IMG/VR virus record: IMGVR_UViG_3300040960_000562
Span: 1-55,214 of that record
Source of the DNA: a virus
Lineage: Duplodnaviria > Caudoviricetes
DNA: 55,214 nucleotides
Direction: 5' to 3' (one strand)
The position numbers and the translations under genes are program-made. The number at the start of each line of letters is the position of its first letter. Positions within the stretch are counted from its first letter, which is position 1. Positions 40,077 to 47,256 of the stretch are shown here, one piece after another. The notes below the pieces were generated by a model. It had not been told where the DNA came from and ran no database searches. It saw only the letters and a program-made list of their open reading frames with translations.

Positions 40077-40825
40077 ATAATCCTTGTCTTCTCGTGACCA
40101 ACTCTAATACGAGGATCGCACCAGATTTCAAAGCCTGCTTCCTTTGCATCCAAACAGAAACTTACATCTTCTCCACACATGTCCTGAACCTCACCAGACT
40201 CAAAGACTTGCATCTTCGGAGCAAACCAAGGATACTTCATCTCACTGTGTTCAAAGACTCCATGCTTGATAAGTAACCATCCGAAACCTGCATAGTCAAC
40301 AGTGAATGGCTTCTTACGCTTCTGCATCGTTTCTAGTGTCTCATGGTTCATGACACCACCATTGCTACGGAAGTCATCTTCTTCCATCCAGTGTGCAACA
40401 GAAGTCGTCATACCATCTTCAGTGCAATACCAACCAGAAGCAATGTCTTCGTCCATCAAGACCAACTGAAGAAACTTCTCAGTATTAAACACAATGTCAC
40501 TATCAATCCATAACTGATAGTCATACTTTAACTTTCCGTCCCAGGGAATTTGGTCAGGTCCACGCAGGACGTTCGCTCCAAGACACTTGCATCTTGCAAA
40601 GTTTACCATGGAAGAATAGTCCTGGGAGATCTGAATACTCCCTCCCATTTGTACAATATCAAAACAGAGTTGTACAAAGTTTTTCAGATATGTGTAAGAT
40701 ACACCTCTACCAGGTAAACAGAATACGACCGACTTTCCACGGACCATCTCCCGTGCTTTGTCATAATCAAATTCTTGAGTTGCCGTGGTGGGTGACTTCG
40801 CTTTAACAGTAAATCCTTTAGCCAT
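40073..40825 (-). CDS. Glycosyltransferase, GT2/GT-A-like
   Basis: 250 aa; WIDSDIVF (DxD), GFGWLLIK, GEDVSFC and RVGHEK motifs. Confidence 0.75.
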   Translation of the reverse strand: MAKGFTVKAKSPTTATQEFDYDKAREMVRGKSVVFCLPGRGVSYTYLKNFVQLCFDIVQMGGSIQISQDYSSMVNFARCKCLGANVLRGPDQIPWDGKLKYDYQLWIDSDIVFNTEKFLQLVLMDEDIASGWYCTEDGMTTSVAHWMEEDDFRSNGGVMNHETLETMQKRKKPFTVDYAGFGWLLIKHGVFEHSEMKYPWFAPKMQVFESGEVQDMCGEDVSFCLDAKEAGFEIWCDPRIRVGHEKTRII

Positions 40826-40848
40826 AAGAAAGTGTTTCTACATCAGTT

Positions 40849-40877
40849 ATCATACATCATTATCTATAAGGAGTCAA
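40849..40877 (-). promoter_or_regulatory. Sigma70-type promoter TTGACT-N17-TATGAT
   Basis: Canonical spacing; a late-like TATAGATA (40861-40868) lies inside the spacer. Confidence 0.65.
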
Positions 40878-41050
40878 TCCCCCTTCAGTTCAGTAATAAT
40901 GATAGACTCTCCATCAACCTCCATGTTTACTTCGGTGCCCTCGTACCAACCAAAGTCGCTCAGTATCCACTCAGGGATAGTTACATAATACTCCCCAGTT
41001 ATTGGATCGACCTCTACAGTCGTTATATTTTCTCCGGGATTTTTTTGCAT
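40874..41050 (-). CDS. AbrB/MazE/SpoVT-like DNA-binding protein
   Basis: YYVTIPEWILSDFGWYEGTEVNMEVDGESIIITE fits the swapped-hairpin pattern. Confidence 0.65.
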   Translation of the reverse strand: MQKNPGENITTVEVDPITGEYYVTIPEWILSDFGWYEGTEVNMEVDGESIIITELKGD

Positions 41051-41161
41051 TGCGGGTTTTTGCGATCGACTTTTAGTTTTATATAGAGTACCGAAATGTT
41101 TCACTTTTAGTGAAATATTGAGCTGGCGAGCGTAACACTTTATAGCTTAGGGTAGTTATGG

Positions 41162-41204
41162 GTTTTAAAACGCGCCCCGACGGCGACGCCCCCGCACGGG
41201 GGGC
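41162..41204 (-). terminator. GC-rich hairpin(s) closing the early gene array
   Basis: GCCCCC/GGGGGC stem at 41188-41204, then a GC tract and TTTT; the T run is not adjacent to the main stem. Confidence 0.4.
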
Positions 41205-41231
41205 ACTGCCGAAACACGAACCCAGATGGTC

Positions 41232-41450
41232 TTACCCCTGACCCCAACGCTCCTGGCGCTCGTAAGCATACCCACTCACAGGGCAGCGGTGGGGAAACGA
41301 ACGGCGATCGGTGTCACGGTAGATCCCTGCCAGGTCAACAGCAGAGAAGCGGGCGACCTTTCCCTCATAAGAGGGTTGGGTGTCGTTGTCACGAACGGGC
41401 ACCCACTCCATGGCACGGGTGGACAGGTTGGAAGTGGAAACGTAACGCAT
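41232..41450 (-). CDS. Small early hypothetical protein
   Basis: MRYVSTSN...; own extended -10 TGCTACAAT at 41472-41480. Confidence 0.65.
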   Translation of the reverse strand: MRYVSTSNLSTRAMEWVPVRDNDTQPSYEGKVARFSAVDLAGIYRDTDRRSFPHRCPVSGYAYERQERWGQG

Positions 41451-41484
41451 GGGTTTGTCTGAACTGGGTTTATTGTAGCACGTA

Positions 41485-41832
41485 TCAGAGACCCAGGCGG
41501 TCACGGGCAGCGGCACGACGGTCGGCAGCATACTGGGCGGAAGCACGGGCAGCATTGGCAGACTTATCACCGACCCACTGACGACCCAGGGAGTTGACGG
41601 GGTTAAGCGTACCCATACGACCAGCACCGATGGCGATGTCACCAGTGGAAACGTAAGAACCCTTTTCAGTGTCGTGAGAACCCAGACCAGAGCGACCAGA
41701 GGAGTTGGTTTTGGTCAGAGCAGAGCGACGGCGACGGGTGGCGGCAGACTTGAGAACAGTGACCTTCACGGTCTTACCAGCAGCGTTAAGGTCGGCAGCG
41801 ATGGTAGACAGGTTGGAGATGGAAGCGGTCAT
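41485..41832 (-). CDS. Basic early hypothetical protein
   Basis: 115 aa; own TGCTACAAT -10 box. Confidence 0.7.
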   Translation of the reverse strand: MTASISNLSTIAADLNAAGKTVKVTVLKSAATRRRRSALTKTNSSGRSGLGSHDTEKGSYVSTGDIAIGAGRMGTLNPVNSLGRQWVGDKSANAARASAQYAADRRAAARDRLGL

Positions 41833-41881
41833 GGGTCAGTGTCGTTTGACTTGAGAATATTGTAGCACGGATGGGGGAGGG

Positions 41882-42085
41882 TCACCCCTCCAGAACCCAC
41901 ATCCCCAGTTCCCCAGCATCCAGGCGCTGGTTCATCAGCGCCCACCAGGGAGACTCCATAAAGTCGTCCAGGAGACCCAGACGGTTGACAAAACTCAGAC
42001 CCTCCAACCAAGAAACGGTGCCATCCCATTCGGCGGCGGAGAGGAAGCGGTCCCAGGTCTGTGCGCTGAACTCTTCGAAGGTCAT
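41882..42085 (-). CDS. Small early hypothetical protein
   Basis: 67 aa; own -10 TAGGAT. Confidence 0.65.
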   Translation of the reverse strand: MTFEEFSAQTWDRFLSAAEWDGTVSWLEGLSFVNRLGLLDDFMESPWWALMNQRLDAGELGMWVLEG

Positions 42086-42159
42086 CGGGTTCGGTCGGTT
42101 GCGTTGACTTGAGTATCCTACAGCATCGGGCGGCAGGAACGGGGGGAAGTTACAAAACT

Positions 42160-42327
42160 TCAGAAAGCGATCGGGTCGGCAGTCGGGGCAGAGATGTCAG
42201 CATAATGAGCGGCACACTCCTCAATGCCCTGGGTTTCCACGTCGGCGGTGATGGTGTCCAGGATCGCCAGCAGTTGGGTTCCGTCAGCGGCACGGTTCAG
42301 GAGAGCGGTAGCGAGGTCGCGGGTCAT
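42160..42327 (-). CDS. Small early hypothetical protein (55 aa)
   Basis: MTRDLATALLNRAADG...PIAF; own TGCTACAAT box; below the ORF-track cutoff. Confidence 0.65.
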   Translation of the reverse strand: MTRDLATALLNRAADGTQLLAILDTITADVETQGIEECAAHYADISAPTADPIAF

Positions 42328-42380
42328 AGGTCTGTGTGGTGTGTGTTCTTTGGTATTGTAGCAGATGGGGGGGCAGACCC

Positions 42381-42632
42381 TCAGAGGTCCGCCAGCATTT
42401 CATCCAGGGCAGCAGTGTCGATTCTGCCATCCATCCAGCGGGCACCGTCAGGGGTCATCTGACCAAACTCAGACTCCAGACGGGGGATGAGGCGATCGTA
42501 TGAGTCATAACGACGGGCGACGCTGTACAGAGCGTAATCATTCTGCAACCACAGGGCGACGTTCCAGGTCTCCCAGTTTGCCCATCCGTTGTAGGTTTCG
42601 GTTTCGGTGATCATGGAGGTGAGTGCTTGCAT
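42381..42632 (-). CDS. Small phage protein with YNGW.NWETWNVALW motif
   Basis: 83 aa; motif recurrent in phage early regions; own TATACT box. Confidence 0.75.
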   Translation of the reverse strand: MQALTSMITETETYNGWANWETWNVALWLQNDYALYSVARRYDSYDRLIPRLESEFGQMTPDGARWMDGRIDTAALDEMLADL

Positions 42633-42676
42633 TTGGTTTCGTTTGACTGAAGTCAGTATAAGGGGTCAGAGGGGGG

Positions 42677-42889
42677 TCAGGATGCCAGGCAGTGACGGTT
42701 TACCCACTGTCCCTTAGAGGTGTCACCACTGAACCAGAGCATCTTAAGGATGGCACGACGCGACACACCAGTGTGGCGGTATTCGGTCAGGGGGGAGGAG
42801 AACCAACGGACGCGGGCGGTTCCCGTGATAGGGTTCAGGCGCAGAGTCCAGACGCTTTGGGAGTCGTTGCAGTTGATGGGGTAACGCAT
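42677..42889 (-). CDS. Small early hypothetical protein
   Basis: 70 aa; Y...GVS and S.GQWVN pattern is weakly KTSC-like; own TAGAAT box. Confidence 0.65.
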   Translation of the reverse strand: MRYPINCNDSQSVWTLRLNPITGTARVRWFSSPLTEYRHTGVSRRAILKMLWFSGDTSKGQWVNRHCLAS

Positions 42890-42932
42890 CGGGGTCCGTT
42901 GTTGTTGAGAGTATTCTACAGGGTCGCCGCGC

Positions 42933-43160
42933 TCAGTCGCGGTCGGAGATGTGCCAGCGTCCCCACTGTCCCTGGGGGCGGGTTGCTTCCCACTTGCTGA
43001 ACCATGCCTGCTGGGGGTTCTCAGGTTCAGGGGTCAGGATCTCAGTAGAACCAGCAATCTCAGACTGAGAGCGGATCGCTTCGAAGCGGCGTTGCTGCTG
43101 GTTCACGAATTCGGTGTAGTCTGCCAAGATGAGGGGCAGGTCTGCTTTGGTTTTGTTCAT
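42933..43160 (-). CDS. Small early hypothetical protein, probably leaderless
   Basis: 75 aa; ATG 6 nt after TATAAT. Confidence 0.65.
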   Translation of the reverse strand: MNKTKADLPLILADYTEFVNQQQRRFEAIRSQSEIAGSTEILTPEPENPQQAWFSKWEATRPQGQWGRWHISDRD

Positions 43161-43244
43161 GCTGTAATTATAGGCACGGGGTCCGCTGCTTTGGGGGGTT
43201 TGGTGGACACCCTGCCAACTGGTCGGGCAGCCGCTTCGCGGTAT

Positions 43245-43267
43245 AAAGAAAGGGGCACGAATGCCCC
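43245..43267 (-). terminator. Intrinsic terminator
   Basis: GGGGCA-TTCG-TGCCCC-TTTCTTT. Confidence 0.8.
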
Positions 43268-43274
43268 CTATTTG

Positions 43275-43622
43275 TTATGCGAACATAAAACCATTGGTGA
43301 AGTCATACTCATTGTAGACAGGGGAAGTTCCTGCCTGTCCAATGAACTTGTGCACGAACCAATTGAAGTTCTTTTGGAATACACATTCACCCTTGATTCC
43401 ATGCTCCGAAAGAATAGCATTCAGGCGGGACTTGGTGGTCACAGAATGATAACCACCGTCGAAGATTTGAACGAAGTCATCACCAACGGTGGCAATGTGG
43501 TTGCCGAACAGATACACTTTCGACTCATTAGTTTCAGGGTCAAAAGTAACCGAAGTGTTATCTTTCTGCCAGTTCTGATTGTTAGAAATGGCAGCGTTCA
43601 TTTCACGTTCGATCTTACGCAT
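43275..43622 (-). CDS. Early hypothetical protein
   Basis: 115 aa; MRKIE..MN.AI, L.GNHIA and TTKSRLNAIL motifs. Confidence 0.75.
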   Translation of the reverse strand: MRKIEREMNAAISNNQNWQKDNTSVTFDPETNESKVYLFGNHIATVGDDFVQIFDGGYHSVTTKSRLNAILSEHGIKGECVFQKNFNWFVHKFIGQAGTSPVYNEYDFTNGFMFA

Positions 43623-43708
43623 GAGAAGTGAAGTTGTTTGACTTGAGATAACAATACAGGATCTGGGGGACTTGTGTCGGTTTGGTGGACAGTCCCCCGA
43701 CTGTCACA

Positions 43709-43894
43709 TCAGAACAGGAGATCTGCGATCTGCTCCATAATGCTGCCATGGTCTGCGATGTGGACCCCATCATGGCGGATCTCAGCATACCCAAATTCCT
43801 CTGCCAGGTCATACATGATGTCGTAGGCACGGTCCAGGTCCAGGACGGACTCGGACTCATAAGGGGCAGAGGGAACCAGGATTTCGTAACGCAT
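43709..43894 (-). CDS. Small acidic early protein
   Basis: MRYEILVPSAPY...; ATG downstream of its TATAAT box (43917-43922). Confidence 0.65.
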   Translation of the reverse strand: MRYEILVPSAPYESESVLDLDRAYDIMYDLAEEFGYAEIRHDGVHIADHGSIMEQIADLLF

Positions 43895-43971
43895 TGGGTT
43901 TGTTTGAACTTCAGTCATTATAGGCACGGGGTCGGACGGTTTTGGGGCAATGGTGGACACTGCCCAGGGTG

Positions 43972-44166
43972 TCACACCTTACCTTGGACCCATTCCCACT
44001 TGGTGATCTGAACCTCAGCGGGAACCTGACGACGCATGTCATGACCGCGCTGCATGGCGACGGCGAACTCTTGAGACTCCATGTAGGGTCCGACGTGATC
44101 GACCTTGACGGTCCGACCAGTGAAGGTGGTGTAGGTACGGCGGATGTAGTAGTTGGTTTCTTTCAT
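43972..44166 (-). CDS. Small early hypothetical protein, probably leaderless
   Basis: MKETNYY...; ATG 6 nt after TGC-AATACT. Confidence 0.6.
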   Translation of the reverse strand: MKETNYYIRRTYTTFTGRTVKVDHVGPYMESQEFAVAMQRGHDMRRQVPAEVQITKWEWVQGKV

Positions 44167-44275
44167 GCTTTTAGTATTGCACACCCTGGCGGTTCCCGTA
44201 GTTCACGGTGATACCAAACGGGAAACTCATTCATCATCCGTGCTTATGGGTCACGGGCGACTGATATCACCCATT

Positions 44276-44293
44276 TGATACGATATCGTATCA
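44276..44293. repeat. Perfect 18-bp palindrome TGATACGATATCGTATCA
   Basis: Self-complementary; lies in a non-coding gap. Confidence 0.9.
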
Positions 44294-44359
44294 GCAAAAA
44301 TATAACACTATGAATCCGTATCGGGCGGCTGCCCTGAGTATAAAGAACTCACGGAGAGT

Positions 44360-44548
44360 TTAGTACTTATAAGTGCTCAAGTTACGGGCAGGAACATGAT
44401 ACCCATCGTCGGGTTTGTTGGTATCATAAACCCACAGCAATTCGTTCTCTTGTGCCTTATACTTTTTGAACCCAAACATCGGGACCAAACGAACAACTAA
44501 CTCTCCCCAGTAGTAGTTAGTTTCGTAGTCGAAGATCTCAGGAAACAT
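44360..44548 (-). CDS. Small early hypothetical protein
   Basis: MFPEIFDY...; downstream of a palindrome plus TATTGT promoter. Confidence 0.6.
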   Translation of the reverse strand: MFPEIFDYETNYYWGELVVRLVPMFGFKKYKAQENELLWVYDTNKPDDGYHVPARNLSTYKY

Positions 44549-44631
44549 GAAACTTTTTTGAACTTGAGATAACAATACCCCCAAACGGAACGAACCGCAA
44601 GGGGGTATGTGACACTTATCGAACTGGCACA

Positions 44632-44787
44632 TTACCAGTTGATATCATGCTCTTTGATGCGACACTGGAATTCTTCACCAGGTTCTAAGTCTAGAACCTC
44701 ACGCCAATTTACATCTTCTGGATGTAAATCATCATAACACATAATGTCTAGTGTTATAGTAACTAGGCGCTTGTTATGTGTAAGCAT
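44632..44787 (-). CDS. Small hypothetical protein (51 aa)
   Basis: MLTHNKRLVTITLDIMCYDD...DINW; below the ORF-track cutoff. Confidence 0.55.
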   Translation of the reverse strand: MLTHNKRLVTITLDIMCYDDLHPEDVNWREVLDLEPGEEFQCRIKEHDINW

Positions 44788-44790
44788 GTG

Positions 44791-45120
44791 TCTAGATGTG
44801 CGTATGTACGTATAATCTAGTGTGCATATGTGTGTAATCTAGATGTGTATATCTAGTACGCATTATGCATAATGTTGATACGCAAGCGTGTTATAATCTT
44901 GTGTATCTCGTGCATAATCCTCGTCGAGATCTTGTGCATCTAGTTGAGCATAATGCTCGTAGAGTGCATCCTCGTCGAGATTATAATCTTGTGCGAAAGT
45001 ATAGTCGAGATCGTAGTCGTCGTACATAATTCTCGTCGAGATCTGATGAACGCTTGTATATTGTAGCATATATCTAGTCGAGATACAACCTGTCTAGGTA
45101 TAAGTCTCGACGAGATTCAT
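44791..45120. repeat. Cluster of TCTAG and GTCGAGA(T) repeats with alternating purine-pyrimidine tracts
   Basis: TCTAG at 44791, 44816, 44838, 44852, 44939, 45074, 45093; GTCGAGAT near 44923, 44974, 45004, 45035, 45077; TCTCGAC near 45106. Confidence 0.75.
44863..45027 (-). CDS. Small Asp/Tyr-rich acidic protein
   Basis: MYDDYDLDYTFAQDY...; upstream TTGTAT-N17-TACAAT promoter. Confidence 0.55.
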   Translation of the reverse strand: MYDDYDLDYTFAQDYNLDEDALYEHYAQLDAQDLDEDYARDTQDYNTLAYQHYA

Positions 45121-45126
45121 AACCAT

Positions 45127-45134
45127 TATTTATA
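45127..45134 (-). promoter_or_regulatory. T4-type late promoter TATAAATA inside the early/origin-like region
   Basis: Perfect match reading into the repeat cluster. Confidence 0.5.
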
Positions 45135-45185
45135 AGTCTCTGTGAAAATGTGTGTGGGTTCTGTGACTTTTCGCCGCCCTGTGAC

Positions 45186-45214
45186 TTGACAGACTGCGCG
45201 TCTTATGATACGCT
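45186..45214 (+). promoter_or_regulatory. Plus-strand sigma70 promoter TTGACA-N17-TACGCT with extended TG
   Basis: Perfect -35, 17-bp spacing, TG at 45206-45207; no ORF downstream. Confidence 0.6.
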
Positions 45215-45416
45215 CACTTAACTTGCATAAGGACAGAGGGTTTCAGAGGGGGTTTATAAGGTTTTAGAGAGCATCAGACACAAGGGTTTATAAGGATTTA
45301 GAGAGTATTAGAGAGCATAAAACAATACGAATTCTTATCATTATCCTGTCTTATTATGAATACTTATTAAGACTAATAAAACATTAACTTATATTTAAAA
45401 AGGTATTTTTAATACT

Positions 45417-45437
45417 AAAAAACCCCATTTAAGGGGT
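45417..45437 (-). terminator. Intrinsic terminator
   Basis: ACCCC-TTAAAT-GGGGT-TTTTT after the 107-aa gene. Confidence 0.6.
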
Positions 45438-45465
45438 AAATCAGTTAATTTTAGGGTATAAAGAA

Positions 45466-45789
45466 CTATGGTAAGTCTCTTGCCCTTGTACCTCCATGTA
45501 AGATACCTAACCTCTCCATTGTCTTTACTTTTTTCTCTAATGACTGCTGTCTATCAATAGTATCAATACCATAGGTAGAATACTTAAATGGTATCTGATT
45601 AGTCTTAGATGTAGGTACTATTTGAGCAGTTGGTCCTAATCCTGTCTTAGGGTTAATCAGAAACCTTTGGGGTGCTGGATTAGATTCTCCACCCTTAGTC
45701 TTTAGAGGTGGCATTATTCTAAAAGGTGCAAGACTCTTTATACTATTTGCTGCTTCTGCTTCTACTATAAACTCTTGAAATGTCTTCAC
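45466..45789 (-). CDS. Candidate internal head protein with a capsid-targeting sequence
   Basis: N-terminus MKTFQEFIVE resembles the T4 IP CTS MKTYQEFIAE; late promoter variant AATAAATA at 45815-45822. Confidence 0.65.
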   Translation of the reverse strand: MKTFQEFIVEAEAANSIKSLAPFRIMPPLKTKGGESNPAPQRFLINPKTGLGPTAQIVPTSKTNQIPFKYSTYGIDTIDRQQSLEKKVKTMERLGILHGGTRARDLP

Positions 45790-45817
45790 CGTTCGATAGG
45801 GTTACTTCTCCTCATAT

Positions 45818-46429
45818 TTATTTCGCATGATATTCCATACAAGTCCAAATGATATTCTTTTTTCCTTCCTTAATAGCAGTTGACTTATGTACCGTCTGCA
45901 TGTCACAAGGGAAACATAACATACTTCCCTTCTTTGGTTTAACCTTGAGTTTCTGATTCAAGAACAATGTATCACCACCAGTGAAGTCATCATTCAGATA
46001 CAAGATATAAGAAAACAATAGATGTGCATGGTCTGAACTATCAATATGCCAGTCATAATAGTCACTCTTATCATATGTTCGATAAGTGTAACTACATGAT
46101 GTTGTGTACAGATACTGTGCGTTCTTGAGTGTAAAATACCTCTTATTATTCAGTACATAATGGGCATGGATATCAGAGAATATCGAATGTAATGTTCTAT
46201 CCGCACACATCATATGATGGTCATACTTTGATACCTGTGATACGTTAATACATGAGTTATTTCTTACCTTTGATCTCTCAGTATTCTTTGTCAAATACTC
46301 ATCATGTAAAGATGACTGTTGTATCAGTGATAAGATAGTATTACAGGTTTCATTCGATACTACACTATCATACTCCCAAATGAATGGGGTGTGTTCATAC
46401 CAACTGTGTTTTTTGATAGTCATTACCAC
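45818..46429 (-). CDS. 2OG-Fe(II) oxygenase
   Basis: WHID (HxD), YILYLNDDFTGG.T.F, distal H and basic residue. Confidence 0.88.
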   Translation of the reverse strand: MVMTIKKHSWYEHTPFIWEYDSVVSNETCNTILSLIQQSSLHDEYLTKNTERSKVRNNSCINVSQVSKYDHHMMCADRTLHSIFSDIHAHYVLNNKRYFTLKNAQYLYTTSCSYTYRTYDKSDYYDWHIDSSDHAHLLFSYILYLNDDFTGGDTLFLNQKLKVKPKKGSMLCFPCDMQTVHKSTAIKEGKKNIIWTCMEYHAK

Positions 46430-47045
46430 AATAAACCCATCCAGTCACAATGTACTTATCATTCGAAATAGGAGTACATCCACGATGCAAATATGTCCAG
46501 GTTGCAGGGAAAATACATAACCTCCCCGCCTTTGGTTCTACCTTTACTCCATTTACAAACTCAGTATGCCCACCATCTTCTACATCATTCAGATACCAAA
46601 TATAAGTCAACATCCTTGGTCCTAACTCTTTCTTCACCATGAAATCATGATGCCAGTCATAATGCCCACCTTCACTCTTAATATACTTCTGTATCTGATA
46701 ACCAGTGTCCTTGACTATATCCTCAGACGTAAAATAATGCATCACTGGGTTGATACTTTTAATATGCTCAGTATAACAACGTAGGTTACTTGTCAGATGC
46801 TCAAAGAATGTAGTATCCTCTTCTCTCCACTCATCAATATAACTCTGCAACCATAAGTCATATGACTTCTTCATCTTCTCATCCTGGCGACGGTTATATC
46901 CTACGGTGCCAGGGCGACGACGTTCTGATGGTTCAGACTCAAACTTATCAATGACATGTCTACAAAACTCAGCACTCAAGTCATTATCCTTTAAGTAGAT
47001 AAAAGGATCACTTTTCATCATACTTATCGTTACGGGACTTGACAT
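46395..47045 (-). CDS. 2OG-Fe(II) oxygenase
   Basis: WHHD, YIWYLNDVEDGGHTEF, FPATWTYLHRG, KYIVTGW. Confidence 0.9.
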   Translation of the reverse strand: MSSPVTISMMKSDPFIYLKDNDLSAEFCRHVIDKFESEPSERRRPGTVGYNRRQDEKMKKSYDLWLQSYIDEWREEDTTFFEHLTSNLRCYTEHIKSINPVMHYFTSEDIVKDTGYQIQKYIKSEGGHYDWHHDFMVKKELGPRMLTYIWYLNDVEDGGHTEFVNGVKVEPKAGRLCIFPATWTYLHRGCTPISNDKYIVTGWVYCGNDYQKTQLV

Positions 47046-47256
47046 ACTTGAGTTGATGATAATACTCAGGGAAACATAATACCAACGTATGCGTCTTTTG
47101 ATGTATCGGGCAATGCTTTATATCTTCCTCATCCTTACATCTTACTCCTATCTCAATCGTAATATACTGGGAGTCCTTATAATACACCCATCCCTCTACA
47201 TTATGCTTTCCTTTGTTCCACTGAACATAGTCATCAACTTCAGGCGTATAAGGCAT
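47008..47256 (-). CDS. Hypothetical protein
   Basis: 82 aa; GGAG SD; Y.P.VDDYV.W...EGWVY motif. Confidence 0.7.
   Translation of the reverse strand: MPYTPEVDDYVQWNKGKHNVEGWVYYKDSQYITIEIGVRCKDEEDIKHCPIHQKTHTLVLCFPEYYHQLKYVKSRNDKYDEK

Noticed and set aside
42951-43631. 226-aa plus-strand ORF
   Set aside because: Spans two minus-strand genes, their promoter and a terminator; long ORFs arise easily in GC-rich DNA.
41846-43647. Repeated plus-strand TTGACT as -35 boxes of antisense promoters
   Set aside because: No -10 hexamer at 17 bp where checked; they are the complement of the minus-strand leader motif.
41100-45465. tRNA genes in the intergenic gaps
   Set aside because: No cloverleaf with T-loop and acceptor stem recognised by eye; tRNAscan-SE would be decisive.
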